Assembly (NCBI RefSeq): GCF_902713615.1
Contig: NC_052160.1
Location: forward strand, 25,862,083-25,926,082
Direction: 5' to 3'
From: Scyliorhinus canicula
Lineage: Eukaryota
DNA length: 64,000 nucleotides
Made by a program: the position numbers and the translations under genes. Below, one piece after another: positions 1-10,347 of this stretch; the first letter of the stretch is position 1, and each line of letters starts with the position of its first letter. The notes under the pieces were generated by a model. The model was not told the DNA's origin, searched no databases, and worked only from the letters and a program-made list of their open reading frames with translations.

Positions 1-206
1 CCTATCGAACACTCCCAGCAATATGATTGCTCCTTTATGGCTTCATTTGACCTATTTGACTTAATTTGAAGAGCTTTTTAACATGTCGCCCCCTCCTTAC
101 TACTTTTGTAACAAAAAGTAATTGTGTTTGCTACATTGAAATGAATTAATTTGAACATCGTGTAGTAAATCTGGATTGATGGTGACCATGAGGAATGGAG
201 CACAAT

Positions 207-390
207 TGAAATGAAAAATGAAATGAAAATCGGTTATTGTCACGAGTAGGCTTCAATGAAGTTACTGTGAAAAGCCCCTAGTCACCACATTCCGGCACCT
301 GTTCAGGGAGGCTGGTACGGGAAATGAACCGAGCTGCTGGCCTGCTTGGTCTGCTTGAAAAGCCAGCGATTTAGCCCAGTGAGCTAAACG
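207..390 (-). mobile_element. tRNA-derived SINE, head type 2 with Rex-like tail
   Basis: Same family as 4515-4693, 8525-8715, 28527-28707. Confidence 0.85.
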
Positions 391-460
391 GTTTATGAAA
401 GTGCAGTAGTTAAGTCAAGGTGGGTGGGGTGGGGAGCTATTGATAATAATTGGAGTAACG

Positions 461-489
461 TCTCGGCCTTCTGACTAAGTAAGATCAAG
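461..489 (+). pseudogene. Degenerate U2 snRNA 5' fragment
   Basis: TCTCGGCCTTcTGaCTAAG(taag)ATCAAG versus U2 UCUCGGCCUUUUGGCUAAGAUCAAG. Confidence 0.6.
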
Positions 490-566
490 CATCACATCAA
501 GCCCATGATGAGGTGGAATGCCTTTTCTTGTCAGCTTGGATCTTGTATATCTCTTGTGGAGGCAAT

Positions 567-920
567 GGGTGAATTCTCTGCCTCCCTAGCCACGTGTTCC
601 TCAGCGGCGCACTGTCCCAGCAGCGGGATTCTCCATTCCCGCCAGCGTCCAATGGGGGCCGGGATTCTACGACCTGGCATCGGTCGGAGTAACCCTGGGG
701 AGACGCGAGAATCATGCCCCGACGCCGGCTTCCCCATTCTCCGGCACCGATTCTCGGGCGCCCGCGGGATTCCCACCACGCCGGTCGGGGCCGTTGACAG
801 CAGCCCCCCACCCCCAGCAATTCTCCGGACCCCAATGGGCCGATGAGTTTGGCCGAGTCCGGCTGGCGTGGGTCACTCATGTCCCAGACAGCGGGACCTG
901 GAAGGTGAGTCTGCGGGAGG
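567..920. mobile_element. Nested MITE fragments of the same GGG..ATTCTC family
   Basis: gggtgaattctc and gggccgggattct termini; similar to 7736-7910. Confidence 0.6.
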
Positions 921-1305
921 GGGGATTTGAATTGGCTTTGGGACCAAGCAATGGAGTGAAGAGCTTGCTCCGTCCATTCTGCGCGTCGGCTTTGTAATTT
1001 GAAGAATGGAGTAAAAACATTTTTTTTTAAACTGCGGGTAGTTGTCGAACTCCACACTATCTGTAACTGCCTGGAGCTGTTTATTTACCCAGCCAATCTG
1101 GAAGCATTGGATTTGCAACATTCCAGTGATTATAATCGCAGAATTTGAAAGGTTGTTCTGTGTTGCCACGGGGGATCTGGGGGTTTTTGTTCGAATGGTT
1201 AGAGCGCTTCTCGGGGGTCAAGTGAAGGACGCACCGCCCTCAATATGAAACTATCGCCATGTGTCTGCGGTTGTTAAAACCTCTCATCCAGGCTCTCCTG
1301 CGACC

Positions 1306-1342
1306 ATGATAGCCGAAGATTGGAATGTCCGCCCCACCAAAG
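1306..1342 (+). CDS. PDZD9: PDZD9 candidate coding exon 1 (MIAEDWNVRPTK-G)
   Basis: gaccATG Kozak context; 37 nt ending AAG|gtggtt, phase 1 matching exon 2 (G|AA = Glu); lies in unique sequence. The donor is weak and there is no recognisable homology. Confidence 0.4.
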
Positions 1343-1811
1343 GTGGTTTTGATGGGGGAGCGAGTCTAGGTTGATCAGGCGATTTTGAAGTGCGGTTTTT
1401 CTTTGGTTTCCAACATGTGGTACATTACATTCAGGGTGTACAATGGACGGTGCAGTATGGACAACAACAACTTACATGTACATAGCGCCTTTAACGTACT
1501 TAAACGTCACAAGGCTCTGTGCAGGAGCTTAATCAAGTCAATGCTGACACTAAGTCACATAAGGAGATATTAGGGCAGATGGCCAAACGCTGAGTCAAAG
1601 AGGTAGGTGAGCGCCTTAAAGTTAGCACTCCCATTAACCCTGAGAGGACCTCCCTAATCCTCTCCATCAGTCTGACCATCCACTTCCATCTCTCTGACAG
1701 TCGTACTCTAAATGCTAGCTCAGTCCTCAGATGCTGCCAGATCTACTGAGATTGTCCAGTACTTTCTGTTTTTGTTTCAGATTCCAGCATCCGCAGTAAT
1801 TTGCTTTTATC

Positions 1812-2272
1812 AAGGATTGTCCATCCTCGCTCACTTGCCTCAGATCATCTGCTGCTGAAACTCTCATTAATGTTTTTGTTACCTCTAGACTTGACTATGG
1901 CAATACTCTCCTGGATGGTCTCCCAGCTCCTATTGTCTGTATACCTAAGGTCATCCAAAACTCTGCACTTACTTGCACCAAGACCTGTACACCGATCATC
2001 ACCCCTGTGCACTCCAACCTACATTAACTCCCAGTCCAGCAACGGCTCATTTTAACCTGTTCCGAGCCCTCTTGCCCTCACCTCACAATCCTCCTCTAAT
2101 TCTGGCCTCTTGTACATCCTGATTTTCTTTATTTCACTGTATGTGGTCCATGCCTTCCACCCAAGCTCTGCAAATTCTTTCCCTGACTGCCTTTGCTTCT
2201 CAATCTCACTTTGCTAATTTAAGATGCTCTTTAAAATTTACCTCGTTGACCAAGCGATTGGTCACCTGTCCT
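1812..2272 (+). mobile_element. Old L2-type LINE 3' fragment
   Basis: AETLINVFVTSRLDYGNTLLDGLP-like remnant. Confidence 0.7.
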
Positions 2273-4514
2273 ATTATTTATATGTACACATAGATATTAA
2301 TAATCTCCAAAACTTTTTTTTTGATAAACAATTTTAATGAGGTATTTTTTGACATTGTAAACAGTAGAATTACAGAATAAGAAAACAAAAGGGACTGTAC
2401 AATAAACCAAGTACACAGTGCAATTGCCGTAACCCGCCCTACCCAAATCTGCCTAATTGACCCCCTATACTACATTTCCCCCCCCCTGCTGACGATTAAT
2501 TCTCCGCAAAGAAGTTAATGAATGGTTGCCTCCTCCGGGCGAACCCTGACACCGACCCTCTCAAAGCGAACTTGATTTTCTCCAAGCCCAGGAAACTCGC
2601 CATGTCTGACAGCCAGGCTTCCGACTTCGGGGCTTTGACTCCCTCCAAGCTAGAAGTATCCGTCTCCAGGCTACCAGGGAAGCAAAGGCCAAAACATCGG
2701 CCTCTCCCCCCCCCCCCCGCCCCCCCCCGGACTTCCGGGGCCTCTGAAACCCCAAAAGCGCCACCCCCGGACCCATTGCCACCCTTATGTTCAATACTCT
2801 AGACATGACGTCCTCGAACCCCTGCCAGTATCTCCTAAATTTTGGACACACCCAAAACATGTGGACATGGTCTGCCGGTCCTCTCAGACACTTTACACAC
2901 CTGTCCTCTACACCGAAGAATCTACTAATCGGGGACACTGTCATGTGGGCCCGGTGGACGACCTTAAATTGAATCAGGCTGAGCCTGGCACATGTTGCAG
3001 TCCCATTAACCCTGCTCAGCGCGTCCGCCCACAGGCCCTCCCCAATCTCCCCTCCCAACTCCTCCTCCCATTTATGCCTCAGCTCCTTGGTCTGCGTCTC
3101 CTCCGCCCCCATGAGCTCCTTGTAAATATCTGAGACACTTCCCTCCCCCACCCATCCTCTGGACACTACCCTATCTTGGATTGCCCTTAGTGGCAAGAGT
3201 GGAAAAGATGGCGCCTGCCTGCGCAAAATGTCCCGCACCTGAATATACCGGAATTCATTCACCCTTGTCAACCCAAACTTAGGCTCCAGCGCCCTCAAGC
3301 CAGGGAAGCTCCCTTCCAAGAACAAATCTCCCATCCGCTCAATCCCCGCCCTCCGCCATACCCGATAACCACCATCTAACCTTCCTGGAGCAAACCGATG
3401 GTTGTCACATATTGGGGATCAGACCGATGCTCCCCGTGTGTGCGTGGGTTTCCTCCGGGTGCTCCGGTTTCCTCCCACAGTCCAAAGATGTGCAGGTTAG
3501 GTGGATTGGCCATGATAAATTGCCCTTCGTGTCCAAAATTGCCCTTAGTGTTGGGTGGGGTTACTGGGTTATGGGGATAGGGTGGAAGCGTTGACCTTGC
3601 GTAGGGTGCTCTTTCCAGGAGCCGGTGCGGACTCGATGGGCCGAATGGCCTCCTTCTGCACTGTAAATTCTGTTAGCTGCCCAATAATAGTTGCTGAAAT
3701 TCAGCAGCGCAGGATTCCCGTTCCCCCTTCCCCCCAGTTCTGCTCGAGCATCACCCTCTTTATTCGTGAGGACTTGCCTACCCATACAAAGCCCAAAATG
3801 ATCTTGCTTACCCTCTTAAAAAAAGAACTTGGAATGAAAATGGGGAGACACTGAAACACGAATAAGAACCTTGGGAGGATCGTCATTTTAACTGTCTGAA
3901 CTCTCCCAGCTAATGACAGCAGGAGCACATCCCACCTCCGGAACTCCCGTTGCATTTGATCTACCAGCTAGGACAGGTTCAGCTTGTGCTGTCGACCCCA
4001 TTCCCGCGCCACTTGTATTCCCAGGTACCTGAAACTGTCCCCAACTAACCGGAACAGCATCTCCCTCAGCCAGTCCCCTTGGCCCCTCTCCTGAACTACA
4101 AACATTTCACTTTTTGTCATATTCAATTTGTACCCTGAAAACCGGCCGAATTCCCCCAGGGTCGCCATGATTCCGTCCATCCCCGCCATCGAGTCCGAAA
4201 CATACAAAAGCAGATCATCTGCATACAATGAAACCCTATGCTCCACACCCCCCCCCCAAAAACCAGCCCCTTCCAACCCCCTGACGCCCTCAGAGCAATT
4301 GCCAGTGGCTCTATAGCTAGCGCAAACAGCAGTGGGGAGACACCTGTCTCGTCCCACGGTGCAGTCTAAAATAGTCGGAAGTCATCCTGTTTGTCCTCAC
4401 ACTCGCCTCCGGGGCCTAATACAGCAGCCTGACACACCCCAAATCCAAACTGTCCCAGCACCTCCCATAAGTAGTCCCACTCTACCCGGTCAAATGCCTT
4501 CTCTGCGTCCATAG

Positions 4515-4693
4515 CCACCGGGCTAAATCGCTGGCTTTTAAAGCAGACCAAGCAGGCCAGCAGCACGGTTCGATTCCCGTACCAGCCTCCCCGGACAGGC
4601 GCCGGAATGTGGCGACTAGGGGCTTTTCACAGTAACTTCATTTGAAGCCTACTCGTGACAATAAGCGATTTTCATTTTCATTTCATTTTTCAT
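4515..4693 (+). mobile_element. tRNA-derived SINE, head type 2 with Rex-like tail
   Basis: B box GGTTCGATTCC; tail GTGACAATAAGCGATTTTCATTTTCA. Confidence 0.85.
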
Positions 4694-4835
4694 TTTTCTG
4701 GGGGCATCATGATTACATTGAGCAATCTTCTTATATTCGCCACCAGTTGCCTACCTTTAACAAACCCTCCCTAATAACACTCGGCACACAATCCTCAATC
4801 CAGCAGTTTGGCATCCACGTTAAGAAGGGAGATCG

Positions 4836-5049
4836 GGGCAGCACAGTGGTTAGCATTGCTGCCTACGGCGCTGAGGACCCGGGTTCCAATCCCGGCCCTG
4901 GGTCACTGTCTGTGTGGAGTTTGCACATACTCCCCGTGTTTGCGTGGGTTTCACCCCCACAACCCAAAAGATGTGCAGGATAGGTGGATTGGCCATGCTA
5001 AATTGCCCCTTAATTGGAAAAAATTGGGCACTCTAAATTTATTTTTAAA
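4836..5049 (+). mobile_element. Short A-tailed HE1/V-SINE-like element
   Basis: A/B boxes, shortened V core; 15-bp TSD AAGAAGGGAGATCGG (4822-4836, 5050-5064). Confidence 0.9.
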
Positions 5050-6044
5050 AAGAAGGGAGATCGGCCTATAAGACCCACACGACTCCGGGTTCTTGTCCCG
5101 TTTTAAAATCAAAGAGATGGTAGCCTGCAACATCATCTGGGGAAGCACCCCTCTGTCCCTTACCTCATTAAAAACCTTGACCAGCAGCGGCCCCAATATC
5201 CGCATGCGCGGCTGATGTCATCGTTTGCGTCAGCCGCCGTTAACCTTGGCGCGTGGGCTTAGCGAACTTCGCTAAGCCTGCGATGCTGAGGTTCACGGGG
5301 CCCCGCTGCTAGCCCCGACCGGGGAGCAGAATCGGTTCCCGGGAGGGGGCGCGGAGGCTGCCGTGAAACACGGCCAGTTTCACGGCAGCCGTCACGACTC
5401 TCCGCATTTGCGGAGAATCGCGCCCATAACTGTGTTGAAATCCCCTCCCATAACCATCTGAAAATACTTTTGTCTTACATAGAATCACATTGAGCCTACA
5501 CCATAGAAACCAGCCATTTGGCCCATCTAATCTATGTTGATATTTATGCACCGTAAAAGCTTCCTCCCACACTTCTTTATCTCAACTTGTCAACATACCC
5601 ATATTTTCCTTTCTCCCTCTTGTGTGTATCTGGCTTTCCCTTGTACGTATCTATGCTATTCGCCTCAATCACTTCCTGTGGTAGCGAGTTTCATATTCAC
5701 ACAACTATCTGGGTGAATACATTTCTCCTGAATTCTTCATTGGATTTATTAGTGACTTTCTTATGTTGATGACCCTAAATTTTAGTCTTCCAACATTTTC
5801 TCTCTGTCCAGTCTCTAATTTTTAAAGACCTCTATCAGATCACCACTCAGCCTTCTTTTTTTATGTGAATAGACCCTCCGTTGCAGCATTTCTGATAGTT
5901 AGAACCTCTCAGTTCTGGTATTATCCTTGTGAATCTATTTTTGCATTTTCTTCAGTATCTATTTCACAGGTGCACAACACACAATACGAATAATACATAA
6001 CAGACATACCCCTATGAGTTAAACAAGACTCTTGTGTATTGCAG

Positions 6045-6227
6045 AACTGGGAAGAGATATGAAAGAAAATCCAGAGCATAACTTAGGGCCTAGCCTAAAA
6101 ACGTTCATCACAAAGGATGACCACGGTCTGGGTTTAGTCCTGATTGAACATGGATCCTTTCTGCAGATTCTACGTATTGTTGGGGACAGTTCCGGAGACA
6201 ACAAAAGAGCAGCTAATCTAAAGCCAG
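6045..6227 (+). CDS. PDZD9: PDZD9 exon 2 (N-terminal half of PDZ domain)
   Basis: ttgcag|AACTG...AAGCCAG|gtattt, 183 nt, GLGL carboxylate-binding loop. Confidence 0.85.
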
Positions 6228-6560
6228 GTATTTTATTAAAAGGGTATTGCCTGCGAATGAATCATCTAGTGAAACGTGACTACACTTTAAAAAATAATCA
6301 GCCAAGGGAGCAGGGTGGGATGGGGACGGTGACTGCGGGTGGGGGGGCGTATTGGGGATGGTGGCGGCAGAATTAACTAAAGCTGCAGGTATCATTTGTT
6401 TGTTTAGAATTTAATTTAAGGGGCAGCACGGTGGTGCATTGGTTAGCACTGCTGCCTCACAGCGCCGAGGTCCTAGATTCGATCCCGGCTTTGGGTCACT
6501 GTGTGGAGTTTGCACATTCTCCCTGTATTTGTGTGGGTTTCACCTCCACAACCCAAAGAT

Positions 6561-6978
6561 TTGATTTGATTTATTATTGTCACATGTATTAGTATACAGT
6601 GAAAAGTATTGTTTCTTACATGCTGTACAAACAATGCATGCCGTATATAGAGAAGGAAGGAGAGACTGCAGAATATAATGTTACAGTTATAGCAAGGTGT
6701 AGAGAAAAGATCAACTTAATATGTGGTAGGTCCATTCAAAAGTCTGATGGCAGCAGGGAAGAAGCTGTTCTTGAGTCGGTTGGTACGTGACCTCAAACTT
6801 TGGTATCTTTTTCCTGACGGAAGAAGTGGAAGAGAGTATGTCCGGGGTGCGTGGGGTCCTTAATTATGCTAGGCTGCCTTTCCAAGGCAGCGGGAATTGT
6901 AGATAGAGGCAATGGATAGGAGGCTGGTTTGCGTGATGGACTGGGCTACATTCATGACCTTTTGTAATTTCCTATGGC
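6561..6978 (-). mobile_element. Rex/Babar-type LINE 3' end inserted in a SINE
   Basis: Frame-corrected IIKDPTHPGHTLF..LPSGKRYQSLRSRTNRLKNSFFPAAIRLLN; tail TGTGACAATAATAAATCAAATCAAA. Confidence 0.8.
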
Positions 6979-7735
6979 CAATGAGATGTGTGGGGTAGGT
7001 GGATTGGTCACACTATAATTGCCCCTTAGTTGGAAAAGATTAATTGGGTAAAAAATTTTTTATTTATTTAATTTAAAAATAATCTAACATAATGACTGTG
7101 TTACTAGTAACAGTTTTGGTGACCATCATCCTACCGGATTGTATTAAAAATCCAACTGGTTCTCTTATGTCCTTTAGGGAAGGAAATCTGCCACCAGGTC
7201 TGGTCCAACTGTGTCTCCAGACGCACAGCAGTGTTTGACTTTTAATTGCCCTCCTGAAGTCACCTTGTAAGCCACTCAGTTGCATCACCATCACCTCCTG
7301 CAAGGCAATTAGGGATGGGCAATTAACGCTGGCTTTGCCAGTGGCACCAGCAGCCTATGAAGGAATCTAAAGGAAATGAGAAGTAGGTCTGCCTTTCCGC
7401 TTTTGTAACTCAGAGGAAACATCTTTGGTGTGAATAGGGAACTTGTGATCACAGGCAGTGGCTGAGATGACCAGGATAGATGCATGTGAGGAGAAGCTAA
7501 ATAAACATCGTGGCCATGAGGGGAAAAAAGGAATAGAAGATGCCTTTTCTAGTTCTGGTGCAAAGTAATTGACGCTGTTTCTTCACAGATTCCGCCAGCC
7601 CTACTGTGTACTTCCAGCATTTTCTGTTTCTCATTTTAGAAGAATATGCTGTTGGGGCTCAGCCTCAATACCGACCCAAATGAAGAGAGGTACGAGGAAG
7701 CTTTTGTGGCAGGAATCAGATAGGTCAAATATCAT

Positions 7736-7910
7736 GGGCGAGATTCTCCGGTCCGCCAGCTGTGTTTTTTGGCGCGGCACTCCCCCTGCTGGCAGTGGGA
7801 TTCTCTGTCCAGCAGCTGGCCAATGGGGCCACCTCACGCCATTGGGAAACCCGTGAGCGTGGGTGCGCTGCCGGCGGACAAGAGGGTCCCACCCATGGAG
7901 AATTCTGCTC
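7736..7910. mobile_element. MITE with GGGCG..ATTCTCC-type TIRs and 3-bp TSD CAT (Harbinger-like)
   Basis: cat|gggcgagattctcc...ggagaattctgctc|cat; related pieces at 567-920 and 5200-5426. Confidence 0.7.
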
Positions 7911-8524
7911 CATGTTTCTGCACCAAAAATTCTATATTCTGTCTGTATGATCAATTAAATTGAAAAGAAAATGCTGGGAACCCTCAGCTGATCAGGCAGT
8001 ACTTAGAGAGAGAAACCCAATGATTGTTTCATCAGAACTGGAATAAGTTAGAGATTTTGCAGCTTGTAAACAAAGGGAAGGACTGTGTTAAGTTCGGGGA
8101 CATGAATTAGATAACTAAAGGGATGATAATGCAAGACAAAAGACGAGAGTAATGAGATAAATAGACAATAGGTGGGTGCGTATCAGAGTTGTAAATGGTT
8201 AATGATAAACCAGTGGGAAATTGTTTTGAGATTTCCAGTATCTGCCGCAATTTACTTTTGTTTTTAGGTTTGTTCCTTGAATCATTTAATCCCCAGCCTT
8301 TGTTTAAATTCAGAAATTAAGGTAAAAGGATCACAGCCCACATTTCAGCTCTCAATACTCCACTGGTGTTGGTCTTTTGGAGAAACTGCACACATTGAAG
8401 CCTCAGCAAGCTTCCTTAAGAATGACAATTTTAAGATGTCTCTAGGTTAGACAATTTTTAAAAACTTGCATTTATATAAATTTTCACAATTTCAGGACAC
8501 CCCAAAGTTATTGACAGCCAATTA

Positions 8525-8715
8525 GGGGCTGTTTAGCACAGGGCTAATTCGCTGGCTTTGAAAGCAGACCAAGCAGGCCAGCAGCACGGTTTGATTTCCG
8601 TAACAGCCTCCCCGAACAGGCGCCGGAATGTGGCGACTAGGGGCTTTTCACAGTAACTTCATTTGAAGCCTACTCGTGACAATAAGCGCTTTTCATTTCA
8701 TTTTTTTCATTTCAT
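8525..8715 (+). mobile_element. tRNA-derived SINE, head type 2 with Rex-like tail
   Basis: Full copy GGGGCTGTTTAGCACAGGG...CATTTCATT. Confidence 0.85.
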
Positions 8716-8880
8716 TAAATATTTTCAAAGTGTAGTCACTGTTGAAATGTAGCAGCTTGTTTGTGCACAGCAAGTTCCCACAAATGGCAATTGGATAGTG
8801 ATCGGGCGATCTCTTTAAGCTGAAGAATAATTATGGGCATGGCAGAGCAGGGAAAAATCATTCAAATGGTGGGATCTCTG

Positions 8881-9366
8881 GGCGGCACTGTGGCACAGTG
8901 GGCAGCACTGCTGCCTACAGCGCTGAGGACCCGGGTTCAATCCCAGCCCCGGGTCACTGTCTGTATGGAGTCTGCACATTCTCTCCGTGTCTGCGTGGGT
9001 TTCACCCCCACAACCCAAAGATGTGCAGGGTAGGTGGATTGGCCGCGCTAAATTGCCCCTTAATTGGAAAAAAAAATACGGTACTCTAAATTTATTTTAG
9101 GAAATGGTGGGATGTTTTACATTTGTTTGCAATGACAGACAACATTTTGTTTTTCTTTGATAAATTTAGAGTACCCATTTCATTTTTTCCAATTAAGGGG
9201 CAATTTAGTGTGACCAATCCACCTACCCTGCACATCTTTGGGTTTGTGGAGGCGAAACACTGGGAGAATGTGCAAACTCTACACAGACAGTGACCCAGAG
9301 CTGGGATCAAACCTGGGACCTCACGCTGTGAGACACCAGTGCTAACCACTGCGCCACCGTGTTGCA
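8881..9366. mobile_element. Inverted pair of short V-SINE-like elements (8881-9097 +, 9155-9366 -)
   Basis: Tail-to-tail copies about 60 bp apart. Confidence 0.88.
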
Positions 9367-9611
9367 CCAACATCTTGTTTTAACGTCTGATCTGAAAGCT
9401 GGCACTTCCAACAATACTGCACAGGGAGTGTCAGCCTGGAATTTGTGCTCAAATCTCTAGAGTGGGGCTTGAATCCACAACTTCTGACTTGGATGTGAGA
9501 CAGCTGGCGACTGAGCCAAGGTTGGACAATCTGAATGGCTTCCATGCTTTGAGTGGGTCCTTACAAAATTAAGAATGAAAATGCTCATTACCCATGAAGT
9601 AAAAGATTTAA

Positions 9612-9921
9612 GGCGGCAAGGTAGAACTGTGGTTAGCACTGTTGCTTCACAGCGCCAGGGACCCAGGTTCGATTCCCGGCTTGGGGCACTGTCTGTGCGG
9701 AGTCTGAGCCTTCTCCCCATGTCTGCGTGAGTTTCCTCCGGGTGCTCCGGTTTCCTCCCACAAGTCTCGAAAGACGAGCTTGTTAGGTGAATTGGACATT
9801 CTGAATTCTCCCTCTGTGTACCCGAACAGGTGCCGGAATGTGGCGACTAGGGGACTTTCACAATAACGTCATTGCAATGTTAATGTAAGCCTACTTGTGA
9901 CACCAATAAAGATTATTATTA
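9612..9921 (+). mobile_element. V-SINE-like element with Rex-like tail
   Basis: V core followed by GCCGGAATGTGGCGACTAGGG...CTTGTGACACCAATAAAGATTATTATT; also at 49843-50140 (-) and 60911-61160 (+). Confidence 0.85.
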
Positions 9922-10347
9922 AAGCGTTTTGCTTGGAAAATACTTAATTAAAATGATTTCTCTCTACATTTAGCTTATTGTTAATATCCAAAGTACCATC
10001 TTTAAAAGTGTGGGTAAAATCAATGTACTGTTTGGGATAACATGATTCAATTATGCTAATGCATTCAATTTACACATGAAATTAAATTAGAAAATGGCAA
10101 AGCTGCATAATTCATATCTGAATGCATGTTACAGCACTTGAAGCAATCCTATCTTTAACTACTTAAGGGGATTAATTATACAAATTACAAACATAGCTCC
10201 AGCAAGTGTCTGAACATAAATTCAAGCTTTGATCCAAAGTTAAAGATTAAAGTATCGCCTCTAGGATAAGTCCATCAATGACAGAGTAATTTAGGATACC
10301 ATCAACTGGAGGGAAACAGTAATGGAACAAACCAATCGAAATGCCCC

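Larger units (their letters stand above)
2312..5200 (-). mobile_element. L1-clade LINE ORF2 remnant (5'-truncated, fragmented by three SINE insertions)
   Basis: SYRPISLLN, DAEKAFDRVEW, VSLYADDLLLY, C-terminal CxxC...HxxWxC; A-rich tail at about 2312. Confidence 0.92.

Noticed and set aside
497-1057. 186-aa - strand ORF and overlapping ORFs
   Set aside because: They lie across GC-rich MITE sequence, with no protein motifs or splice support.
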